Shown here piece after piece: positions 38,626 through 49,508 of a stretch of 64,000 nt of DNA (the first letter of the stretch is position 1; the number at the start of each line of letters is the position of its first letter). The translations under genes and the position numbers were made by a program. The notes below the pieces were generated by a model, which saw only the letters and a list, made by a program, of their open reading frames with translations, did not search any database and was not told the origin of the DNA. This DNA is from Hydrolagus affinis (taxonomy: Eukaryota). Location: assembly GCA_012026655.1 (NCBI GenBank), contig JAAILG010000183.1:1-64000 (forward strand). The letters run 5' to 3'.

Positions 38626-40705
38626 ACTGCTCTGCAGGATTTAATAATAATCTGCACTCAAGAGCTCCTTATTACTCTTACTGTACATATGACTCTATCA
38701 GCAGTCAACTCTCCTGCAGGTGTTGAGAACAATCATGGGAAAGTCAATTGCGTGTGCAATAGAGGCGGTTTATCAAAATCGTCAAGATACCCAGAGGAAG
38801 TGTTTTCCTGTACTGGAGAATGAGGCTGTGGGCTGGTTTCATTAGATTAGTAAAGACATTTGTAGCTCCAGTATATAATAGGTTACAAGAGTTTCAGCAA
38901 TCATGCCATCTGAACAAACGTCACTGTGTTGTAGTTGTCGAACACACAAGTCTGTTCGAGGTCATTTTGGCTTGTATTGTTTCCAGACCTGCCACAGAGC
39001 GGTGCCCTCCTTCCTGAACCCTGCAGAAGGGAGCACTCGAGGGGAGCCTATAATTACTCTAAGAGCTTTTGTATGGTTTCTATTAGCCTCCTCTGTCCCT
39101 CTGGCTCTTTAATTTGAAGGAGTTCTGAGTTGAGAGCAGAAGCTACATTAACTGATCTAACCCACTGTGAACTCCACTAGAGCAAGCTTTTGAAGCAGCT
39201 CTTTCAGTGGCTGCTGGAATCATCTTTACAAAGGTTTCTTTCTTAAAATGTTTTAACATTTTGTATTCTTCTTCTCGTTTACATTTCATCTGTGCCAGGA
39301 AACGGGGCGAGGTGGGTTGCATGGGTGGGCGGGAGAGAGAGATAGAGGTGAATAGTCTGGCTGAGGCAAACTAACACATGTTCCTCTTCAGTTTGGAGGT
39401 GTAACGGAGGGGGAGCAGGGGTCATTTCCTCCTGTCTTTCCCTTCCTGGCTGAGGGGGAGGTGTTTGGCCTCACCTGACCTCCTCCACTCACGGTAATGC
39501 TCAAAATCAAGCAAGTAGTCTTGCCGCCAGCGACGTAATAATAATAATCCTTGTGTTTGATATAGTGCCTTATCACATCTTTGAGACAACAACAACCATA
39601 AATTATATGTGTAGAGTGCCTTTCATATCTGGAGGACATCCCAAGGCACTGGATGATCAGGTATTTGGATTCAATCAGGTATTTGGACCCAAACAGGGGG
39701 TTGGGAGAAAGAGGGATTTAGGGCAGGGGTAGGGGTGCAAGGTAAGGTTCATGGAGCATGGTGCGGGAGAGGACATGAGCTGCAGGGTTCTGACTGATCT
39801 GCAGCCAATGGAGGAAAGAGTTGGAGAAAAGAGCAGAGCCCTGATGGAACACCCTATGAGACAGCTCAAAGCACTTCACAGAATATACTGCAAAATGGAT
39901 TGACTGTATTTTGTGGTCAAAACACGGCAACCAATTGTGCACAGTAGTGTCCCACAAACAATCGTGGATTGACTGACCTCATTTTATTTTGACATGGTTG
40001 CGAACCACATCTTGTGATCCATTAATGTGTGTGTATACTTCATTTTATCCCATGTCCTCTAGGCTGGCTCAGACCTTCCAGCTGACATAATCAGATGGCG
40101 TTTAAGTACTTTTGAGATGCATGGGTACAGAAATACACATTGAGTGCTGATGTGCCCCGCTCCCCTGCAGCCCTCCACATCACAAGCCCATTATCAATCG
40201 CATTGCAACGATTGTATTGCTATTGTGTGGCAGAGCATAGAATTGGTGGAGGGCATGCTTTCATTTAGCACAGTGTATAAAAATAGTAAATTGCTCCAAG
40301 CCTTACTTCAAACCAAGCCTCAACATTTCAAAGCAAACCCAAGAGCTGGCTTTGTAACAAACTTTCAATTTACAGTATATTCTGTAAATGCGCTTGCATT
40401 TGACATTGCGCTTTTCATGTCTTCTCGACGTGTCAAAGCGCTTCACCGAACATGTTGTAAAGCGAATTGACCGTATATACGTGAGCTAAATGCCTGGAGT
40501 AACAGGCTCACAACCAGGCGGGGAAGCTCTGTATGGGGGGATGGGCCTATTCATCTGTGGGGGTGGGGGATGTATTTGCGTATGGGGGGGGTGGGGGCTG
40601 TGTGTGTTGGGGGGGTGGGGGGGAGAGCGTAGGGAGCACTTTGTGAGGGTGGGTTACAAAGTATATTAGATATTAAATTGGATTGTCAAAGAACAATACT
40701 TTCGG

Positions 40706-40706
<1 letters not shown>

Positions 40707-40738
<32 letters not shown>
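40707..40738 (+). repeat. (ATCA)n microsatellite
   Basis: Read directly. Other microsatellites: (CT)n about 1227-1250, (CA)n/(TA)n 3738-3786, (GA)n 13340-13362, (CA)n 22772-22793, (CA)n 35780-35798. Confidence 0.9.
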
Positions 40739-40740
<2 letters not shown>

Positions 40741-40774
40741 CTTAGATTTATATGAGCTTGCACTTAGAGAGTAG

Positions 40775-40985
40775 AAGAAGAGGACACAAGTTTAGTTTTT
40801 GCAAAGGGCAATTTCAGGAAAGCCACCAGGAAGTTTTTCTTTACCCAGAGGGTAATTAATGAATGAAACAGAGTTATCAGGACGGGTGGTTGAGTCGAGC
40901 ACCTGGATGTGTTTGATGCTGTGAGAGGGAGAAGGTAGGGTGGATTTCCTGGAAGAATAACATCAGACCTCTTATGATTTTTGTG
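40775..40985 (+). mobile_element. CR1 LINE 3' fragment
   Basis: agaggacac (RGH) and aggaagtttttctttacccagagggtaattaat (RKFFFTQRVIN). Confidence 0.75.
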
Positions 40986-42771
40986 GGTGATCACTTGCGA
41001 AAGGCACTGCAGGGCACTGTGGAACTACACCTTACTATGAGTGAGCAACTCAACAAGATTGGTGAAAATATCACTGGAGCATGAAGAACAGTGCAATTTT
41101 ATCTCATGTTTGAACTGAAATACAAATTCAAACTTATTTCAAACTATCGTGTACTGGTAACATTCCCAATCTATGCGTGTTAGGAAGAGAGCAAGTTAAA
41201 TAGGGAATATTGTAAGGCTGTGAGGGGTTAAGGTTTAAACAATTCCCATTATCTTTGGAAGAAAGCTTGAAAGAATGAATAGTTACAGGAAGGGTAAAAG
41301 CACGATAGACCTGATTTTCCTGCCAATGCTTATTGTTGAAGGTATTATTTCAGACCATTCAGTGCACTGGGCACAATGCCATGGTTTGAAGCTAGGGCTC
41401 CATACATTAGGGGTTGGGTGAGAAATGTGAGTTGCTCCCTTGGAGAGATTCCTGCTGAAGTTTAACTTTTACTCAGCTGCTTTTGCAGACTGTCTGCTCA
41501 TACCCATCAACATGTTCACCCACAACCAAATCTGCCAATAAACAGTCAATTCACTTGACAGTATATTCTGTGAAGCACTTTGTGATGTCTCAAAGGCATG
41601 ATAAGGCGCTTTATCAAATGCAAGGATTATTATTATGGGAACATAGGAATAGGAGAAAGTCATTCAGCCCCTCAAGTCAATTCCTTCATTCTATTAGATC
41701 ATGGCTGATCTGTCCCTCAACTCCAATTATTTTTGAATAACTATAGAAGTCCAGATTTTGAACTTGTGTAATTATAATACTTTGTGCAATTGATATAGCG
41801 TATTTCATGACAGCAGGGCATCTCAAAGCACTCCACTGGTTTTACTGTCCAGTAGTGACTGTATATTCAAGGTGAACATGGCAGCCAATTTGTGTACAGC
41901 AAAGACTGTGAAGTGATTGACCAATTTTTTATCTATGGCCAATTGTTGGCCAGGAAACTATGAGAAGCTCCCTTTTCTTCGAAGAATGCTATGTGATCTC
42001 TCAACACCCACCTGAACAGACAGGACCTTGGTTTAATGACTTGTACAAAGGATGGTGCCTCCTTCATACAAGGTATGAAAGAGTAAACAGCAATCGATTA
42101 TTTCACTGGTCATTGAATTAGTAACGATAAGAGCACGAATTTCAAATGATAAGATAATGAAAGAAAAATTTAGGAAAAAATCAGGACAATGTGCAAATGT
42201 TTGTGACAAACCATAGTTGAGGCAGACCTCATTGTTTCTCTTAAGGGATCAGATTTTGGAAGAGGAAGAATATTAATTGTTATGGTGGAAACCAGCGGGC
42301 GAGTGGGATTAGCCAGATGGACACGAGATTTGAAGCCTGTCTCAGTGCTGTATAACTCTGCAAAGATGGCAGAAGATTCCCTCAGGTCCACAAAGGGTTA
42401 ATAAACCTGGGCAATGCTTAACAGTTTTATTTTGCTACCCTGCACAGCTTGAATACTGAGATCAATCTTTTGACATCTGAGATCAATCAGATGTTTTTAC
42501 GAGCAGATGCCTGTACACACAGGTAGTGTGAAGGCAGGGACCATCTTGAAAGAGTTACACAAATGATTTACTACATCAAGGATGCAGCCAAAAAGCACCT
42601 CATTCATTTTGACAAATAATTGGATTTCGCAGGTTCCAGCTCAGGTAACTCAGCAAATATTGAAGGCAATCTGCACGAGCTGTGGTTTTATCCCTCTTCT
42701 CTTGAAGTGCAGGATTAGGTTGCCTGACATGTCACTGCCTGTCGAGCCATCTCCAGGTGTGTGCTGCTTAC

Positions 42772-42864
42772 CTTGAGGCGGTCTGCCGATGGAATGCCAT
42801 AATTCTCAGCTCTCAGGTTGGAGGCAGCAACAATAAAATCCATGTGGAAATTGGTGTCAACATC
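42772..42864 (-). CDS. UBA7: E1 exon E, 93 nt: [31 protein letters not shown]
   Basis: Acceptor tttcag|, donor |gtaagc, phase 0/0. Near-identical to UBA1 [31 protein letters not shown]. Confidence 0.96.
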
Positions 42865-43374
42865 CTGAAATATGAAAACGAAGGAATTATCAGGAAGTCT
42901 TGCAAGACCATGGGGATTGCACAAACGCTTCTCAAACGTCATATTTAAACTTTTACTCTTTTAACCCCTAAGATATAAGAATAATCCTTGCATTTGATAT
43001 AGCACCTTATCAGGTTGTTGAGACGTCTCAAAGCATTTCACAGAATATACTATGAAGTGAATTGACTATATTGACCGTATATTTGATGGGTGAAACCCGG
43101 CAGTCAATTGTGCATAGCAGTTTCCCACGAACTGGATTGAGTGACCGAATTGTTATTATTTTTTTGAAGGAGTTATTAACCCCAGAAAAGCAATCCACCA
43201 GTCAACTAACAACCGGGTTCCTCCTAATTTGCTGCTACTAATTTGCATTGCTAAAAATGAATCGTTTGGTCAATCAATTTACCACTGTTTATGGGACACT
43301 GCTGTGTGTAATTGGCTGCCGCATTTCACCCACAAAATACTGTACAGTATAGTCAATTCAATTTACAAAATAAC

Positions 43375-43566
43375 AAACTGCAAAATATTGCAGACGTTAG
43401 AAATCTGAAATAAAAACAGAAGTTTCTGGGAACACTCAGCAGGTCAGGCAGCGGGTTCACGATTATTCTGACAAAAGATGATCGACTTGAAATGTTACTC
43501 ACTTTCCTCTCTCTATAGATGCTGCCTGACCTGCTGAGTGTTGCAGCGATTTCTATTTTTATTTCA
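43375..43566. mobile_element. Penelope-like-element-derived hairpin inserted in a SINE
   Basis: Inverted arms 43406-43452 and 43521-43566 with a perfect 22-bp core aacactcagcaggtcaggcagc / gctgcctgacctgctgagtgtt. The loop carries ctgacaaaagatgatcgacttgaaatg. The family assignment is from recall of chondrichthyan repeats. Confidence 0.65.
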
Positions 43567-46319
43567 CTTTACAATATATTCTGGGAAGGGCTGAGTCCTT
43601 TCTAAGAGTGGCTATTTATTTCCACACCTGTAACCACTTGTCAATCTGGGTTAGAGCACTGCTATATCGAAATGGAAAGAGTAACTTGCGTCCAATCCTC
43701 TCTTCTTCCCTCTGGATCATACTGCCTCTCTGCTGGGACCCAAATGTATTGGGGTTGGATGAATTGGGTGAAGGGAGAGTGGGTGGTTGGTGAAAGACAG
43801 GGTGGATTATGTGAACCTATGTCGAATTGCTTCAATGATTCAGTACTGCCTGAATGAAATGCACAGATGGGTAGATTTTGCTTGAGCTTGAAGAGAAAGA
43901 TTTGTAACCGATAACATTTTCGCTCCAGGTCTATCCTCCTCAGGGGCAATATTCTTTCTGCTAAACTATTTTAGCTCTGCGGTTTTAGCTGGTTAAACTC
44001 CAGCAGTACCCCAACGCAGAGTAGACTCTGGGGTCCTCGAGCCCCAGCTCTTGCCAACCTCGAGTCCCTCCAGGGAGAGAGCGCGCATTCCATTACAACA
44101 ACCTATCTCTGGAATTTCCATGGTGTGGGTGAGAGGCATGGAATTCTCAGCTTGGTTTGGATATTGTTAAGCATGGTGCTGGGTTTCCAAATGTTAACTA
44201 AAAAAAAATTATTTCTGCTGAGAACAAAGGGGCTGCGCCAAGCCCAGACTAGACAGTTTGATTTCGACTTAACATTCTGGGCAATCTCCAGTTTCTCGGT
44301 TGTAGTCGGGCGAAATTAGTTCAGTGAGATTCCCATATCCTAGCACACAATATTGACAAGTCTCTCAGGATCGCCTGACACAGGCCAAGAGAATTGGATG
44401 GAGAATGCAATGAAATTATTTCACAGATTTTTTGAAGAGATGAAAGTAATGTGACTTGATTGAAATTGAACTTTAACTTCGGAATCTTTGTAACTGTTGT
44501 ACTTCCTGTGCAAATTGGACTGGTTTCCAATTTTAATGAGGAATATTTGCAATTTTCTGTGACCTTTGGCCTCACACATCTGTTTAATTTCTAGAACAAA
44601 ATAAAAAAACACAAGGCTGTACCTTCTCGTGGGCCAGATGTGATAGCTGCTCAAATCGTCCCACTTGGCTACAGCTAATGGGAATCATTCAACAATATAT
44701 TAATTTTTAAAATTTATTAAAAACGATTGCAAGGCACCTGGTTAATGTTTCCTTCATCGAATCTTACACGTGAAGAAACTGTTGTATAAATCATAAAAAT
44801 TAAGATAGATATTTTAACCTAGGTGAGCATTTCCTGAACACAGGCACGGAACAAGAAAAAGCCATTCGACCCAGCAAACCTGATCCCACAGACACTCAGA
44901 AAACTTACATGAGCACGGACTTTACCCCATTAATCTGAAAATGATTGTGCTCAAAAGAGCCGGCACAGGAACCATGGGCCGAATAGCCTTCTTCTAAGCT
45001 GCAATGTTTCTATGATTCTACCATGTTTCTTGCTCCTGCCCTGGTTTCACTACTACCAGCATCTTGCCACTCAACGTTTGATTCTGTTTTTCAAGCTCAG
45101 TTACAATGCTGTGAGGAGTTGCCAAACGCAGGCCAGTGAAGAGACAAAATTGGATTTTTAATGTATATTTCTCTACTGGCTCAGGATGACAGTGCAAAGC
45201 TGTGGGAGCAAGTTGTCAGACATCTGGCTGAGATTAGGCCATTGAGTCGGAATTGGAGAACAGCAGGATGCAAAAGGGTCAGTCCCTGTGAGTGCAAATT
45301 CCCAACATGGGGATATAAATGTGGAGCTCGACTCGTGCAGGAGCGTGTCAGCTCCTATGAGTGCAAAGTCCCACTCTATGCGAGTAACGTTCAGACTCCA
45401 TTTAAGAACAAAAAAAGTACTGTCTGGGAAAACAAGATACCCCATAACACAATAACAACAATTATAGAGCACTTTCCTCAGTGCTGCGGCAGCCCAACAA
45501 GACAGGGCAGGTAACATGCTCCAGATGTCACATGAATAGCAACAGCATTCTAGTACTGCTTCACAAGCAACGATAGTCCCTCTGACCATGAAGTACTCAA
45601 CATACCGGTAGTTTTCACGATAACATTCATTGCATTAAATGAGTGTTATAGTTTTTCTGTTGTATATTGCTTCAGTGTCATTAGAAGTAATAGTGGCCCC
45701 TGGTATTGCAAAAGATAAGCTCTAATGTAGATCTGTGCCACACAACAATGCGTGGTTTGGAGGAGGGTTAACCACCGAAATAATATTAATTTATTGCATT
45801 TGACATGGCACCTTATATTGACATGTGTCAGAGTTCTTGAGAGGTTTTCTATAAAGTGTACCTGTGTATAAGTAGGAACTGTTGTGTTCCACCAATAGCC
45901 ATGAAGTCAAACAAGTGAATGACCAACTTCTTATGTGGGGGTATTATTGACCTGAAATCCTAGAGAAACTCACTTTTCGAATAGTACCATTGGATCTCCA
46001 ATGTCCATGGCTCCTCAGTTTAATTTCTTATCCAAAGGACATCACCTCCCAACACTGCGGAGCTCCCCCAGCACTGCACTAGAGTGTCAGTCCCTTCGAG
46101 CACGAAGTCCCAATGAGTGACTTCAACCTACAACCTTCTGACTCCAAGGTGAGAGTACTAGAAACTGAGGTTTAAAAGAGAGTTAGGTCATCCAAGCCGA
46201 TTGTAGGCGACACACCCACACTTGTGGAAATTCTTTTTTTAAAAAAAAACCAGAAGTGAAGTTAGATTACATAGTGGAATAGTTTTCAGGAAAAACGGAG
46301 GAAACAGTTAGATAACTCG

Positions 46320-46652
46320 CCTAGTAAGCTGGAGGACGACCCGGTTTGCTTCCTGGGAAGGGTGAAACCTTGGGTGGGTTTCCTTACTCCACATGCCTCT
46401 GTTTACCTAGCAGTATGTAGGAACCCTGTGTTTAGTAATTTGGCGGATCGCTTTCTGGGAGAAATAATTCTTCCAAACAGTAATTAATCTCTCAATCTAC
46501 GACATTTTGCAGGACACAGCTGTGTGCAATTGGCTGCCACATATTGCCCACAAAATATACAGTCAATCCACTTTTCAGGTTATTCAGTGAAGAGCTTTTA
46601 GTTGTCTCGTGATAAAGGCGCTATATCCAAATGTAAGCATTATTATTATTAC
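46320..46652 (+). mobile_element. tRNA-head SINE, long subfamily, abutting the exon D donor
   Basis: Body and tail end cattattattattac at about 46652; the donor GT lies at 46658-46657. Confidence 0.85.
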
Positions 46653-46658
46653 AATTAC

Positions 46659-46747
46659 CTTCTCAAATTCAGCAGGCTGCATGTTGTACCCAGTGAAGGC
46701 TTCGGTGGAAGAAAGTTGTTTTTTGAGTTCATCCAGCCTTCCGTCAT
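46659..46747 (-). CDS. UBA7: E1 exon D, 89 nt: DDGRLDELKKQLSSTEAFTGYNMQPAEFEK
   Basis: Not in the ORF track. Acceptor tttttcgatacag|, donor |gtaatt, phase 1/0, which restores the frame with exon C. Matches UBA1 DDSRLEELK...MYPIDFEK. Confidence 0.93.
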
Positions 46748-47134
46748 CTGTATCGAAAAATCATAGGATTCAGCTCCAGAGATGTCAAATACGCAAAATT
46801 TGCAATGCAAATCTTTTGACTAAATGGTGAATGAGACTAGTTCGGTTTTATTAACAAATGTTGGAGCAGATTTTGAATATGAAAAATAATTTGGATGTTT
46901 GGGGACGTTGGCAGCAAGTGGGTAGGTTTCCACAATGAACAATTCAACCGAGGGTGGGCCACATCATTTTCACTGAGCCCACTTCAGTAACATATTAATG
47001 TGCCAGCAAACAATCACCTTTACCTGCGGGAAGCCAAAGTCCAGTAAGGGACACTAAAGAATTTTAGGTTGTTTCAAGCTGGTAAAGCAGCTATATTTGA
47101 GGATTTCTTTAAAATATCAGCCTTCCCAATTCTT

Positions 47135-47660
47135 CCCTCCACAGGCAGCAGATAATCCAGAACTCTGCAGCCCGTGTCCAAGCTTTGGGATCCCATCTCT
47201 CCCATCCTTGCCCGACTCCATTGGCTTCCCATCATCCAGAGGATCCAATTCAAGATCCTGGTGTTCACAATCAAAGCCCTCCACGGCCATGCCCCACCCT
47301 ATCTCTGCGACCTCCTAACGCCCTACCAACCTGCCCGCTCCCTCCGCTCAACAGGCTACGACCTGCTCTACATCCCCCGACCAACCTGCCCCATCATTGG
47401 CAGGCGAGCCTTTAGTCACTCTGACCTCAACCTCTGGAACTCCACCCCATAGACCCTCCACCTCGCCCCCTCCCTGGCCTCCTTCAAATCCTACCTCAAG
47501 ACACTTCTCTTTGATGGTCCCATCGGTCACTCCAAATCCCCCCCTTTTCCCCCACCCTTCCCGTCCCCAGCTCGGGTCTGAAACAATGATTGTCCAGCAC
47601 CTTGGGACGTCCTCCTGATGTGAAAGGCGCTATACAAGTGTAATTTTGTTCTTGTTGTTG
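47135..47660 (+). mobile_element. L2 LINE 3' end (ORF2 C-terminus plus 3'UTR)
   Basis: IIQNSAARV...PISPILARLHWLPIIQRIQFKILVFTIKALHGHAPPYLCDLLTPYQPARSLRS...GRRAFS...NLWNS; tail cttgggacgtcctcctgatgtgaaaggcgctatacaagtgtaattttg(ttg)n. Confidence 0.92.
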
Positions 47661-47758
47661 TCTTGATGGCATGATAAGATGCTATATCAATGATAAGGTT
47701 TATTGTAATTATTAGTTTCCCCAAGTTACATAGAAAAAGGATAACACGTGGATCTTAC

Positions 47759-47948
47759 CCAGTGAATTTGTATCTGCTTCCATTTCTTGGTCGGTGACGT
47801 GAATTTTAACCCCTGATTTGGGGATGAAGTCCGGAATGCTCACATCTAAAAGTATTTTCTGAATTCCATTAGTGTCCGTGGAGCCCTGAATGGAATGGGT
47901 CGCTGCAAATAGGTTAGCTGCTGATACAATGTAGTCCATGTGTAGATT
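47759..47948 (-). CDS. UBA7: E1 exon C, 190 nt: NLHMDYIVSAANLFAATHSIQGSTDTNGIQKILLDVSIPDFIPKSGVKIHVTDQEMEADTNSL(D)
   Basis: Acceptor gaacag|, donor |gtaaga, phase 0/1. Matches UBA1 LHLDYVMAAANLFA...VPEFTPKSGVKIHVSDQE. Confidence 0.95.
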
Positions 47949-48710
47949 CTGTTCAATGCAAAGAAATATACATTACTGTACTGTAGTTACCATGCCCAGA
48001 ATGCAGCTCAATAGAAATATGTGATGTAGCAAATCCTTTGGAACATTGTAGGATAATTCCATTAAAAAACAATTGATGGCATTTGCGGTGTGACAACTTT
48101 CCATGCTTAAAAAAAGGAGAACTTTCAGGTTGGGAACTCCATCCTGCAGTAACTCCGCTTCACCCCATTCCCTTACCTCCTTCAAGACCCATCTCAAAGA
48201 CCCTCTTCTTTGACCATGCCTTCAGTCACCCTCCTCTCCCTCACCCCACCGCCCTCTACCAACCCCAATGCTGACCCCCAGCTCGGGGCCAAACACTAAT
48301 TATTCAAGAATTATTATTATTATTATTATAGTAGCGACAACCCGAATGCCAAAATCCAACAGGTCCTCAGAGCATTCTAACATTATGCATAAATGCATGT
48401 TGTTGTTGTATATAGACTGAATTATCCTTTCAATCACTGAATCGCTTCCTAAGTTTCATAGCAAGTAGCTATGTTAACATTTAATATTTGTGCAAGGATT
48501 GGTTTGAATCTTCCCTGTTATTGTTGTGCAATAACACATCTGAGTGTTTCATGCTCAGCGCTGAATCAATAGCACTGATTCCTATAGGTTGCTCAATACT
48601 GAAAGAGAAAATAAGATTTATTAAAGGGAAGCAAATCAAATGAGAACAAAAGCGGGTGTTACCACAGGAAAGTTTTTTTAAAAGGAAAGGGTGTAAATAG
48701 GCAGCATACT

Positions 48711-49003
48711 AATAATAATCCTTGCATTTGTTATAGCGTCTTATCACGTCTTCTAGACGTCTCAAAGCGCTTCACGGATTATACTATAAAGTGAACTGTT
48801 GTGGATCGAGTGATCAATTTATCATTATTTTATACCGTCGGAAAAGCGATCCGCCAATCAACTAACACTGGGTTCTTGCTTACTGCTAGATAAATAGAGG
48901 TGTGTGGAGTAAGGAAACTTGCACAATGTTTTGCCCTGGCCGGGAATCGAACCCAGATATTCTCGCTTGCAGGGCGAGTGCGCTAACCACTAAGCTACAG
49001 GAC
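48711..49003 (-). mobile_element. tRNA-head SINE, well preserved
   Basis: Revcomp head gtcctgtagcttagtggttagcgcactcgccctgcaagcgag...ggttcgattcccggccagggc. Confidence 0.87.
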
Positions 49004-49169
49004 AATGAAAGGATTAAAGGATCAATTTGCAGTTCAGACCAGGCTGCACATTAATATAGTCACAGAATCACCTTGTATCTATCCTGCATTAATGGGGCAT
49101 TTTCAAACATTGTGAATATAGTTCCCACAGTATTATGATAATTCTTACATGTGGTTTAATCCCTCCATT

Positions 49170-49508
49170 CCTCTGCAACCCCCTACCTCTCTGACCTCCT
49201 CTCTTCTCAAACCAGCTCCCGTTGCTTACGCTCCACTGGGTCTGGCCTCCTCCATGTCCCCCGAATCCTCCACTCCACCCTCGGCGGCCATGCCTTCAGC
49301 CACTATGCCCCGAGGCTCTGGAATTTCCTTCCTCACTACCTTCACCTCGCCCCCTCTTTTCTCAGCTTCAGGTCCTAGCTGAAGACCTTTCTCTTCGACT
49401 GCGCCTTTGGTCACCTTTCTACCCCTGCCCCTGACTCGCTTCTGGTATCCGCTCTGAGACACCGTCCGGCGTGGAGGGCGCTATATAAATCGAAGTTGTT
49501 GTTGTTGT
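49170..49508 (+). mobile_element. L2 LINE 3' end, second family
   Basis: PYLSDLL...LRSTG.GLLHVPR...LGGHAFSHYAPRLWN; tail gagacaccgtccggcgtggagggcgctatataaatcgaa(gtt)n. Confidence 0.88.

Noticed and set aside
40530-40635. G-rich tracts with G-quadruplex potential (also 60838-60870)
   Set aside because: Low-complexity intronic sequence that is common in vertebrate genomes, with no evidence of function.
47174-47452. 92-aa protein-like ORF as a host gene
   Set aside because: It is the C-terminus of a 5'-truncated L2 ORF2 with a frameshift and premature stop.
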